From: Rhodospirillaceae bacterium | Lineage (GTDB): Bacteria; Pseudomonadota; Alphaproteobacteria; GCA-2731375 | Assembly (NCBI GenBank): GCA_018667855.1 | Contig: JABIRL010000182.1 | Span: 5,503 to 69,502 of the forward strand | Length of the DNA: 64,000 nt | Direction of reading: 5' to 3' | Part shown: in pieces, positions 7,884 through 16,280 of the stretch | Layout of the letters: every line of letters begins with the position of its first letter | Numbering within the stretch: position 1 is the first letter of the stretch | Translations under genes and position numbers: made by a program | Notes under the pieces: model-generated | What the model saw: only the letters and a program-made list of their open reading frames with translations | The model's database searches: none | Told to the model about the DNA's origin: nothing

Positions 7884-9202
7884 GCCCCGTCCTCCGCCGC
7901 CATATAGTCGCGCCAGGCTTCGAACTGGTTGCGCATGGGCAGTTCCGAAAACCCGATGTTGGAGGTGGCGACACCGTCCTCGACCCGGTCCTGGCCGGCG
8001 TTGCGGTGGAAACTGACCCAATCGCCGCCCTCGCTCTCCAGCCCCACCTGGCATTTCCAGAAGTTGTACAGATCATCCGCGTTGATCATCGTGGAAGGTG
8101 AATTGACCAGATAGAAATAGTCCAGGGCCCGGCGATAGATCGGCTCCGGCGCGCCTTTCAGGCGAAAATGCCAGATCTCGGTCAGGGTTTTGTTGGCCGC
8201 CAGGGGGCGTACGGCGCGCAACTGCTGCAGGGGCGACTGGATCGACAGGCAGGGATAGACCAGAAGATGATGGATATTGACGTCCAGAATTTCCTCCGTC
8301 CGTTCGGGTCCGTAATGTTTTCGCATGACCTCTTCGTATTCCAGGGTATCGGGATCCGAGGGGCGCAGACCCATATAGCCCTGCAAAACGCAATGGCCGT
8401 GCGGGTGGCCAACCACGTCCAGGGCGCCCCATTTGTCCAGATCCATGGCGAAGGCCGAGATGTAGTGATAGGACAGCGGCGGGGGCTTGCCCGTCTCGGC
8501 CTCCATCTCCTGTTCGACCTTTTGGGCGGCCAGGCCGGTGGAGGTGTGGGTGATGGAGGGATGCACCGCGTCCAGCTGGTTCTCCAAAAAGATCTTCCAG
8601 TTTGATTTCTGGATCATGCGGAAACAGGTTGGCACCACCTCCACCTCGCCCTCGGGCGCCCGGTCGCACATATCATCAATCCCGGCGATGGCGGTACCCA
8701 GCCAATCCTTCAGGTCCGGACCGTCGGCCGCCAAAGAGGCAAAGACGAAACCGCGATAGACCTCCTTGCGGGCCACGGGCTTCATATGGCTATCGGGGTC
8801 GTCCAGGCTGAAGCGGGTGTTGTCATAGCCGCTTTGGATGGGAATATGGCGCACCTTGCCATCCATCTTGAACTGCCAGGAATGATAGCTGCAGGTAAAG
8901 GCCGCGCCCGTATTGCCGGAGCGCTGGTTGCACAACAACGCGCCCCGATGTGGGCAGCGGTTATAGAGCACGTGGATGGAACGATCCGGATGCCGGGCCA
9001 TGATCACCGGCTGCTTGCCGATCACCGTGGTGGCGTAATCGCCCGCATTGGGGACCTGGGATTCATGGCCCACATAGATCCAGGATTTGTGAAAGATCTG
9101 GCGGATTTCCCGCTCAAAAATCTCCTCGTCCGCATAACAGGCCCGATGCACCCGGTCCGGCTCTACCAAGGCATCAATATCAAACCCATTCCCGCCGGCC
9201 AT
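7880..9202 (-). CDS. Rieske non-heme iron aromatic-ring-hydroxylating dioxygenase, large (alpha) subunit
   Basis: Rieske motif CPHRGALLC ... CSYHSWQF, followed by the mononuclear-Fe catalytic domain (DAVHPSITH ...). GGGGAGG RBS. Confidence 0.85.
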   Translation of the reverse strand: MAGGNGFDIDALVEPDRVHRACYADEEIFEREIRQIFHKSWIYVGHESQVPNAGDYATTVIGKQPVIMARHPDRSIHVLYNRCPHRGALLCNQRSGNTGAAFTCSYHSWQFKMDGKVRHIPIQSGYDNTRFSLDDPDSHMKPVARKEVYRGFVFASLAADGPDLKDWLGTAIAGIDDMCDRAPEGEVEVVPTCFRMIQKSNWKIFLENQLDAVHPSITHTSTGLAAQKVEQEMEAETGKPPPLSYHYISAFAMDLDKWGALDVVGHPHGHCVLQGYMGLRPSDPDTLEYEEVMRKHYGPERTEEILDVNIHHLLVYPCLSIQSPLQQLRAVRPLAANKTLTEIWHFRLKGAPEPIYRRALDYFYLVNSPSTMINADDLYNFWKCQVGLESEGGDWVSFHRNAGQDRVEDGVATSNIGFSELPMRNQFEAWRDYMAAEDGA

Positions 9203-9287
9203 GGCCGCGCCTCCCCGATTTTTTCATTGCCGGAGTGTAACTTGGATGAGGGCGGGGTTTCCAGGCTCTAATCAAGCCGGGTCGAAT

Positions 9288-9587
9288 TTAATAGCCCTGG
9301 AAAACCATATCCAGGGTATTGGTGATAACGGCGAAATCCTCTACGAGGCAGACTGCCGGGTCATTCAATATTGATGCCGGAACGGAAACTAGGAACTGCG
9401 TCAACATGACGACCTGCATGCCGTCAATCTCAAACAAAGGGTTGAGGCGTTGGGCGGGCTTCGGCGCCTCATCGATGGGAAAGAGCGGCACAAAGACCCG
9501 CGTGTTGAAGCCGTCTAGCAAATCCGCTTGGACATCCATCAGATAGCCCGAGGCACCCGGGTTTGGGTAGACATCGTATTTCGCAAT
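9288..9587 (-). CDS. ccdB: CcdB-family toxin (gyrase poison) of a type II TA pair
   Basis: Aligns along its length with F-plasmid CcdB (KYDVYPNPGASGYLMDVQADLLD vs [23 protein letters not shown]; C-terminal MVFQGY vs LMFWGI). The homologous N-terminus extends upstream of the first ATG, to an ATT codon that overlaps the ccdA stop (TAATT). Confidence 0.6.
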   Translation of the reverse strand: MAKYDVYPNPGASGYLMDVQADLLDGFNTRVFVPLFPIDEAPKPAQRLNPLFEIDGMQVVMLTQFLVSVPASILNDPAVCLVEDFAVITNTLDMVFQGY

Positions 9588-9811
9588 TAGAAACGGCGAT
9601 ATCGTTCGAGCGGCAGGCCCCGGCCTTCAACCCCCCTGTCTTCAACCCATTGATTGCAGCTTTCCAACGCGCCGGCATTTTCCGCCTTCCAGATCTCGCG
9701 CCGGGTCCGGGCAATTTCAAGCCGCAAACCCGCTTCAGCTAAAAGCAAATTGTCCTGAGACAGGTTCGTCGGTTTCCTGGGAGATTTTGTCACGGTTACC
9801 CGTTCCTTCAC
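9587..9811 (-). CDS. ccdA: CcdA-family antitoxin
   Basis: MKERVTVT ... ARTRREIWKAENAGAL matches the CcdA pattern MKQRITVT ... ARRLRAERWKAENQEG. 74 aa, lies immediately upstream of ccdB. Confidence 0.7.
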   Translation of the reverse strand: MKERVTVTKSPRKPTNLSQDNLLLAEAGLRLEIARTRREIWKAENAGALESCNQWVEDRGVEGRGLPLERYRRF

Positions 9812-9856
9812 AAATTATATGCGCATACCTATGTAAAGCATTCTCAACTACCCGCT

Positions 9857-10243
9857 TTACCGTAAATAGCTCGACCGAAACTGAATGCCCCAATGGCCGT
9901 CCTGACGGGTGGCGATCCAGAGGGTGTCGAACTTGTTGTAGACGGTGTCGTCTTCGTGGCAGCGGTCAATCTCCAGTCTCAGGTGGACTTTATCGGGGCC
10001 GCTCTGGATGATTTCGATGACGTTGGTGTTGGTGTGGTGCCAGCCCTCCGCCTCCAGCTGCGCCTTGTTTACTTTGCAACGCACTAAGAACGCCTCGGCG
10101 CTGTCGTAGGTCACGAATTTTCCAACGGCCAAGCGCACATGGGGATAATTCAAGGACGCCGCCAGGGCCGCGTGATCCTGGGCGTTGAAAGCCAAAAGGA
10201 ATGCTTGCGCGGCGGCAACGGCGGCGCCTTCGGCTGCTTTGTT
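9857..10243 (-). CDS. NTF2-like / SnoaL-like domain hypothetical protein
   Basis: About 128 aa from MNKAAEG. Composition and length fit an NTF2-like alpha+beta cone. No catalytic motif recognised. Confidence 0.4.
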   Translation of the reverse strand, partial: NKAAEGAAVAAAQAFLLAFNAQDHAALAASLNYPHVRLAVGKFVTYDSAEAFLVRCKVNKAQLEAEGWHHTNTNVIEIIQSGPDKVHLRLEIDRCHEDDTVYNKFDTLWIATRQDGHWGIQFRSSYLR

Positions 10244-10302
10244 CATGTTCGGGTTCCAGTTCTGTAAGTCAAAAAATCCAGTTTCGCGATGCCAGGGTTC
10301 AT

Positions 10303-11511
10303 TCAGCCCCTGCGCCACGACAATACGCGCACCGCCATGGCGCCGCCGAATACCACGACGCCAAGGGAGGCGAAGGCCCAGCCCCAGCTTGTGGCGTCCT
10401 GGCCGCCACCCGTGAGATCGAGGATGGCGCCGACCAGGACGGGGCCGACCAGGCCGCCGGCCGCAGCAGCCGCGCCGAAGGCGGCGACGGTGTTGCCGGC
10501 CTGGCCCGGCGTGGCGGCGTTGATGGCGCCGGCGTTCAGCACACCGGAATCCGCCAGCACGAAACAGTTATGCAACAGCACCAGGCCGGCCAGCAGCCAC
10601 AGGGACCAGGCGGCGGAAAAGCCCACGAACGCGGCCGCCACGGCGGATGTCGCCATGACCAGAAAAGCGGCCCTGGCGTAGCCGATGCGGTGGCCCAGCT
10701 CGCCCCCGGCCATTGAAGTGGGCACACCGATCAGGATCAACAAGGTGGCCACCAGGGGCACATTGAAATTCCCCATAAAACTACCGGCGATATCACCCCG
10801 GGTGGCCACGGCCCAGGTCAGAAAGGTCACGGTCCAGGCGCGTACGCCCAACAGCTCGAAATTGTGGGTGAAGGAGGCAATGACATAACCCAGGGTGATG
10901 CGGTTCCCCAGAACCGGGCGGAAGTCCGGGATGATCTTCAGTCGCCCGCCCGCATTGGCCGGACGCACCGGGGAGAGGAGAAACAGGATCAGCCCGGCGG
11001 CGAGCAGATTGGTGCAGGCCGGCAGGGTAAAGGCCCACCGCCAGCCGAAAACCTCCGTGATTTCCGCCGCGATGACCAGGGAGAACGAGGAGCAGATGGC
11101 GAAGGAGGAAACATAGATGGAGGTGGCCCGGCCCTTGTTTTCGCTCGTCATGCGATCGGCGATGGCCTTGACCCCGGGCATGAAGGTCCAGGCCAGGCCC
11201 AGGCCCTGCAGGGTGCGAAACACCATGGCGCCCCAGAAGCCATCAACAAGGCCCATGCCGCCATATCCTAGAACATTGATGACGGCGCCCATGATCAGCA
11301 TGCGGCGGGCATCGATGCGGTCGGTGATGCCGACGAAGGAAACCCCGATCAGATAGGTCAGATACGGGATGCCGGCAATCCATCCGGCCTCGGTATTGCT
11401 CAACGACCAGATGTCCTTGAACAGCGGCAACAGGGCGGGCACCGCGTGCATGCCAAACAGGGTCAAGCCCAGAAAAGAACACATCAGAACGATCAACCGG
11501 GCCATGGGCAT
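10303..11511 (-). CDS. MFS transporter (12 TM)
   Basis: Twelve hydrophobic segments, with a G-x-x-x-D-R/K-x-G-R-like loop (GITDRIDARRM). Start chosen at MPMARLIV with a GGAG RBS; the upstream part of the ORF is probably not coding. Confidence 0.7.
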   Translation of the reverse strand: MPMARLIVLMCSFLGLTLFGMHAVPALLPLFKDIWSLSNTEAGWIAGIPYLTYLIGVSFVGITDRIDARRMLIMGAVINVLGYGGMGLVDGFWGAMVFRTLQGLGLAWTFMPGVKAIADRMTSENKGRATSIYVSSFAICSSFSLVIAAEITEVFGWRWAFTLPACTNLLAAGLILFLLSPVRPANAGGRLKIIPDFRPVLGNRITLGYVIASFTHNFELLGVRAWTVTFLTWAVATRGDIAGSFMGNFNVPLVATLLILIGVPTSMAGGELGHRIGYARAAFLVMATSAVAAAFVGFSAAWSLWLLAGLVLLHNCFVLADSGVLNAGAINAATPGQAGNTVAAFGAAAAAGGLVGPVLVGAILDLTGGGQDATSWGWAFASLGVVVFGGAMAVRVLSWRRG

Positions 11512-11746
11512 TCTGCTGTTCACTCCGACCCAGCCGTGAAACGGGGATGTGGATATCGTTGATTTTCTGTCACGAACCGGCGCCGGTGCCGGCATCGGCG
11601 CACTATAATCAAAGCGCAGAATATCCGATAGTCGGCGGTCAAAGAACATTGACCCGGCCGGCTCAAACTGTGTCACACTATGGGCCTTGCGACATACGCG
11701 GGTACAAGTTCAACTGATTGACGGCCAATAGATGGGGAATGACCAG

Positions 11747-13099
11747 ATGACGGAAGCAGTGACCCTTGAACACTTCATGGACGGCGTCATAAAGCGCAAT
11801 CCGGGACAGCCTGAATTCCATCAGGCGGTGCACGAGGTCGCGGGCACGGTTCTGCCCTATATCGACGACAACCCCATATACCGTGAAATGCAGATCCTGG
11901 AACGCATGACGGAGCCGGACCGTGTCGTCTCCTTCCGTGTCTGCTGGGAAGATGACGAGGGCAATATCCGGGTCAATCGCGGCTGGCGGGTACAGTTCAA
12001 CAATTCCATCGGTCCCTACAAGGGCGGCTGCCGCTTTCACCCCACGGTCAATGAAAGCGTGCTGAAATTCCTCGGTTTCGAGCAGCAGTTCAAGAATTCC
12101 CTGACCGGCCTGCCCATGGGTGGCGGCAAGGGCGGGGCCAATTTCAACCCCAAGGGAAAAACCAACAATGAAGTGATGCGTTTTTGTCAGTCCTTCATGA
12201 CCGAATTGTGCCGTCATATCGGCCCCAACACCGATGTACCCGCCGGCGACATCGGCGTTGGCGCGCGCGAGATCGGCTATATGTTCGGGCAATACAAACG
12301 CCTGACCAACAAGTTCGAGGGCGTCCTGACCGGCAAGGGCCTGGAATTCGGCGGCTCGCTTATCAGGACCGAGGCGACCGGTTACGGCGCGGTCTATTTC
12401 CTGCAATGCATGACCGACAAGATCGGCGCTTCCCTTGATGGTGCCACGGTGGTGATTTCAGGGTCCGGTAATGTGGCCACGTTCGCGGCGGAAAAGGTCC
12501 GCCATTTGGGCGGCAAGGTGCTGACCCTGTCGGATTCGGGCGGTTACATCCATGACCCCGATGGCATCGACGAGGGAAAGCTCGAGTGGATCAAGGAACT
12601 GAAGAATGTACGCCGAGGCCGCATTTCCGAGTATGTGGATCAGTTTCCAGGCGCCACCTTCCATGAGGGGCGGCCCTGGGGCGTCCCCTGCGACTACGCC
12701 ATTCCTTGCGCCACCCAGAATGAAATCAGCGAGGACGAGGCCAAACTGCTGGTCAAGAACGGCTGCAAGGGCATTTCCGAAGGCGCCAACATGCCCACCG
12801 TGGTCGAGGGCATCAATGTATTCCAGGACGCCGGTATTCTATATGGCCCGTCCAAGGCCGCGAACGCAGGCGGTGTCGCCGTATCGGGCATGGAAATGAG
12901 CCAGAATTCAGCCCGTATATCGTGGAGCGAGGACGAATTGCAGAAGCTGCTGTTGAGCACTATGCAAAATATCCACAGCAGTTGTTATCAATACGGCGAA
13001 GGCAAGGGCGTCAACGGCAGTTGCGATTATTTGATGGGCGCCAACGTGGCCGGCTTCGTCAAGATCGCCGATGCCATGCTGGCCTACGGCGTACAGTAG
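11747..13099 (+). CDS. gdhA: NADP-specific glutamate dehydrogenase
   Basis: Collinear with E. coli GdhA across the whole length (KGGCRFHP, GLPMGGGKGGANFNPKGK, VPAGDIGVGAREIGYMFGQYKRL, GSGNVATFAAEK). Confidence 0.9.
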   Translation: MTEAVTLEHFMDGVIKRNPGQPEFHQAVHEVAGTVLPYIDDNPIYREMQILERMTEPDRVVSFRVCWEDDEGNIRVNRGWRVQFNNSIGPYKGGCRFHPTVNESVLKFLGFEQQFKNSLTGLPMGGGKGGANFNPKGKTNNEVMRFCQSFMTELCRHIGPNTDVPAGDIGVGAREIGYMFGQYKRLTNKFEGVLTGKGLEFGGSLIRTEATGYGAVYFLQCMTDKIGASLDGATVVISGSGNVATFAAEKVRHLGGKVLTLSDSGGYIHDPDGIDEGKLEWIKELKNVRRGRISEYVDQFPGATFHEGRPWGVPCDYAIPCATQNEISEDEAKLLVKNGCKGISEGANMPTVVEGINVFQDAGILYGPSKAANAGGVAVSGMEMSQNSARISWSEDELQKLLLSTMQNIHSSCYQYGEGKGVNGSCDYLMGANVAGFVKIADAMLAYGVQ

Positions 13100-13119
13100 G
13101 CGAACCGATAAGTTTCATC

Positions 13120-13146
13120 GGCCCGCCCCTGAAATCGGGGGCGGGC
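13120..13146. terminator. Bidirectional intrinsic terminator between convergent gdhA and the LLM oxidoreductase gene
   Basis: Perfect 10-bp GC stem ggcccgcccc / ggggcgggcc with a 7-nt loop, followed by gttcttgtt on the + strand. Confidence 0.55.
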
Positions 13147-13154
13147 CGTTCTTG

Positions 13155-14069
13155 TTACAGCTGGCCTTGCAGATAATCCAGGGTCCGGGCCTTGGCGCCG
13201 GGTTCGGTGTCCAGCAGAACCGAAATCATTTCCGTGGCGCCCGCATCACCGATCTTGGCAATGGCTTCATCCAGCGCCGCTTCGTCGCCGACCAGGGCGA
13301 TATCACCGGGGCTCGCCGCGCCCTCCCGATCCATCATGGCGCGGTAGGACGGCAATTGGCCGTAAACCTGCAGAATTTGGTTCACCTTTTCCCTGGTCCC
13401 GTCGGGATCGTCGGTCAAGACCACGGGAAAGCCGGCAATGACCCGTGGCGCCGGGCGCCCGGCGGAGGCCGCCGCATCGCGTATGGCCGGCACCACATGC
13501 TGGGCGATCGTGCGGGCGCCCGTCATCCACAGACAGGTGCCGTCCGAATGGCGGCCGGCCAGCTCCAGCATCATGGGCCCAAGGGCTGCGATGATCAGGG
13601 GCACCGGGTTGGCTGCATCCTTGACACCCAGAGCATACTTGCTGCAGTATATATCACCCTTGTAGGCGGCGTCTTCGCCCGCCAGCAGTGGCGCCAGTAT
13701 CTCCAGATATTCCTCCATGGTCTTGGCCGGCTTGGCATAGGACAGACCCAGGGCATCCTCGATCACCACCTTGTGGGACAGCCCGATACCCAGGGTGAAG
13801 CGGCCCCGCGCCAGGGCCGAGGCGGTCAAGGCCTGCTGCGCCAGCGCGGACGGATGGCGCGGCTGGACCGGCGTCACCGCCGTCCCAACTTCCAACGTCG
13901 TGGTTTCGCGCCCCGCCATGGCCATGGCCGTAACGGCGTCATGGCCCCGCGTATTGGCCAGCCAGAACGAGGCGAAACCGCGCGCTTCCACGTCCCTAGC
14001 CTGGGCTATGAAACTATCAATCGTCGCGTCCGGATCGGGTACGGCCCCGGTCATAATGCCAAATTTCAT
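13155..14069 (-). CDS. LLM-class (luciferase-like) flavin/F420-dependent oxidoreductase
   Basis: MKFGIMTG ... FASFWLANTRGHDA ... GRFTLGIGLSHKVVIEDALGLSY is the TIM-barrel LLM family pattern. Confidence 0.8.
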   Translation of the reverse strand: MKFGIMTGAVPDPDATIDSFIAQARDVEARGFASFWLANTRGHDAVTAMAMAGRETTTLEVGTAVTPVQPRHPSALAQQALTASALARGRFTLGIGLSHKVVIEDALGLSYAKPAKTMEEYLEILAPLLAGEDAAYKGDIYCSKYALGVKDAANPVPLIIAALGPMMLELAGRHSDGTCLWMTGARTIAQHVVPAIRDAAASAGRPAPRVIAGFPVVLTDDPDGTREKVNQILQVYGQLPSYRAMMDREGAASPGDIALVGDEAALDEAIAKIGDAGATEMISVLLDTEPGAKARTLDYLQGQL

Positions 14070-14114
14070 GAAGTGAATTCCTATCTGTCTGAAAAAAAAT
14101 GCCGGGTCCGCATA

Positions 14115-14564
14115 TTAGGGCCGGCGTCTGAGAAGCTGGATGGAGCGCATGGTCATGGCGATTTCGTCATTCTGGTCGCGCAACTGCCAATCCAGACCGA
14201 CGATGCCGCGATCCGGTTTGGAGGCGGAAGGGCGGCTGTCGGTGACGGTCACCTCCACATGGATGGTATCGCCGGGCCTGACGGGCCGGACCCAGCGCAA
14301 ATCGTCGATGCCGGGAGAGCCGAGAGACGCCTCCTCCGCCCAAGGCTGGGTCAGCAAGAACAGGCGAAACGAATACGTGCCCAGCATCCAGCCCGAGGCG
14401 ATCAGGCCGCCGTACATATGTTCTTCTGCCGCCACCTTGTCCATGTGAAAGGGTTGCGGGTCGAACTGAAAGGCCCAGTTGATGATCTCCGCCTCGGTCA
14501 GGGTTTTGCCGGGCGAGATGATTTTCTCGCCCACCTTGACATCTTCATACCATCGATCGGTCAT
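14115..14564 (-). CDS. MaoC-like (R)-specific enoyl-CoA hydratase/dehydratase, hotdog fold
   Basis: MTDRWYEDVKVGEKIISPGKTLTEAEIINWAFQFDPQPFHMDKVAAEE is the MaoC dehydratase N-terminal signature. GGAG RBS. Confidence 0.75.
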   Translation of the reverse strand: MTDRWYEDVKVGEKIISPGKTLTEAEIINWAFQFDPQPFHMDKVAAEEHMYGGLIASGWMLGTYSFRLFLLTQPWAEEASLGSPGIDDLRWVRPVRPGDTIHVEVTVTDSRPSASKPDRGIVGLDWQLRDQNDEIAMTMRSIQLLRRRP

Positions 14565-14703
14565 TCTTGGTCTCCCCACGCAAAACAGCATCCCAATGCA
14601 ATAGCGAAACTCCGCCCGGTTTGCTATCCGTTACTGGCTGCAAATCCCACCGGCTGTGTTAAATTGCCCGGCCAAGCGTTCGAAGCCCCCTCAGGAGTTA
14701 TCC

Positions 14704-16244
14704 ATGCATCCCGGAATTCATGCCGCCGAAACGCCGGACAAGGCGGCCTATATCATGGCCAACAGCGGTCAGATCGTTACCTACAGCGAACTGGACGAGG
14801 CTTCGAACCAGGGCGCGCATCTGTTTCGCGGCCTGGGCCTGGAATTGGGCGACAACATCGCGATCTATATGGAGAACAACACCGCCTATCTGCAGGTCTG
14901 CTGGGCGGCGCATCGGGCGGGGTTGTACTACACCTGCATTTCATCCTACCTGACGGCCGAGGAAGTGGCCTTCATCGTTGGCGATTGCGGCGCCAGGGTT
15001 TTATCACCTCCCAGGCGAAGGCGGAGGTCGCCGCCGAACTGTTCGATTTGATGCCCAATGTGGAAGCAAATATCATGGTGGGCGGGGTGATCCCGGGCTA
15101 CCAATCCTATGAAGCGGCCGTCGCCGAACAGCCAATTGCACCCATTTCAGACGAATTTGAAGGCGCTGACATGCTGTATTCGTCGGGCACCACCGGCCGT
15201 CCCAAGGGCATCAAGAAACCCATTACGGGCGAACCCCTTGGCACGCCCAGCGGTCCCGTCGACATAATCGGCGCGCTATATGGGGTGAGCGGGACATCGG
15301 TCTATCTTTCACCGGCGCCGCTTTATCATTCAGCACCGCTGCGCTTCAACATGGGCGTCCTGCGCAAGGGCGGCACCACCGTCGTGATGGAGCGCTTTGA
15401 TCCCGAAGGCGCCCTGGCCCTGATCGAGCGGCATAAAATCAGCCACAGCCAATGGGTGCCCACCATGTTCGTGCGCATGTTGAAATTGCCCGAGGCCGTG
15501 CGCGGCAAATACGATCTGTCCAGCCTGGAAGTGGTCATCCATGCCGCCGCCCCCTGCCCGGTTCAAACCAAGCACGACATGATCAAGTGGTGGGGCCCGG
15601 TGCTGTACGAATATTATGCCGGTACCGAAGGTAACGGATTTTGTTCCATCAAGTCCGACGAATGGCTGACCTATCCAGGCTCGGTCGGCCGGGCCTTGGT
15701 CGGCGTGGTGCATATCATGGACGATGATGGCGTCGAACAGCCCGTGGGCAGTCCCGGTACGATCTATTTTTCCGATGCGCCGGAATTCACCTATCACAAC
15801 GACCCCGAACGAACAGCCGAGTCCCGCAACGACCGCGGCTGGTCGACCCTGGGCGATGTGGGCTATCTGAACGAGGACGGCTATCTGTTTCTAACCGACC
15901 GCAAGTCCTTCATGATTATTTCCGGCGGCGTCAACATCTACCCCCAGGAAATCGAGAACCTGCTGGTCAGCCATCCGAAAATTCTGGACGTGGCCGTGGT
16001 CGGTGTCCCGGACCCGGAATTCGGCGAAGCGGTCAAGGCCGTGGTTCAGGCCATTGACCCGAAACAGGCGGGCCCGGACCTGGAGGCGGAGATCCTGGGC
16101 TATTGCCGGGAGCATCTATCGGCCATTAAATGTCCCCGCAGCGTGGATTTCGAGGCGCAACTGCCCCGCCACGAAAACGGCAAGCTGTACAAGCGCCTGA
16201 TCAAGGACCGTTATTGGGGCCGCCACGACACACGAATTGTATAA
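14704..16244 (+). pseudogene. AMP-dependent acyl-CoA synthetase/ligase (FadD-like), interrupted by a single-nucleotide frameshift at ~15000-15003
   Basis: The N-terminal 100 aa (MHPGIHAAETPDKAAYIMANSGQIVTYSELDEASNQGAHLFRGLGLELGDNIAIYMENN ... VGDCGARV) are in frame 1. The rest (ITSQAKAEV ... MLYSSGTTGRPKGIKKPI ... YYAGTEGNG ... FLTDRKSFMIISGGVNIYP ... end) is in frame 0. The join is at gggtttta, where 5 T's would restore one frame. AGGAG RBS before 14704. The 1057-aa ORF 13071..16244 in the track is an artefact built on this second frame. Confidence 0.7.
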
Positions 16245-16280
16245 AATACACAGTTGAAGAATTAGGGATTGGAGGAAGAC

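Noticed and set aside
8073-8669. 198-aa minus-strand ORF inside the Rieske alpha-subunit gene (different frame)
   Set aside because: Overlaps a strongly supported CDS in another frame. Gly/Arg/Pro-rich.
13071-16244. 1057-aa ORF in the six-frame track
   Set aside because: Its first ~640 codons run antisense to two well-supported minus-strand genes (LLM oxidoreductase, MaoC dehydratase) and have no protein-like features. Only the last ~410 codons are real, and they are the frameshifted C-terminal part of the acyl-CoA synthetase. Long spurious ORFs are expected in 62% GC DNA.
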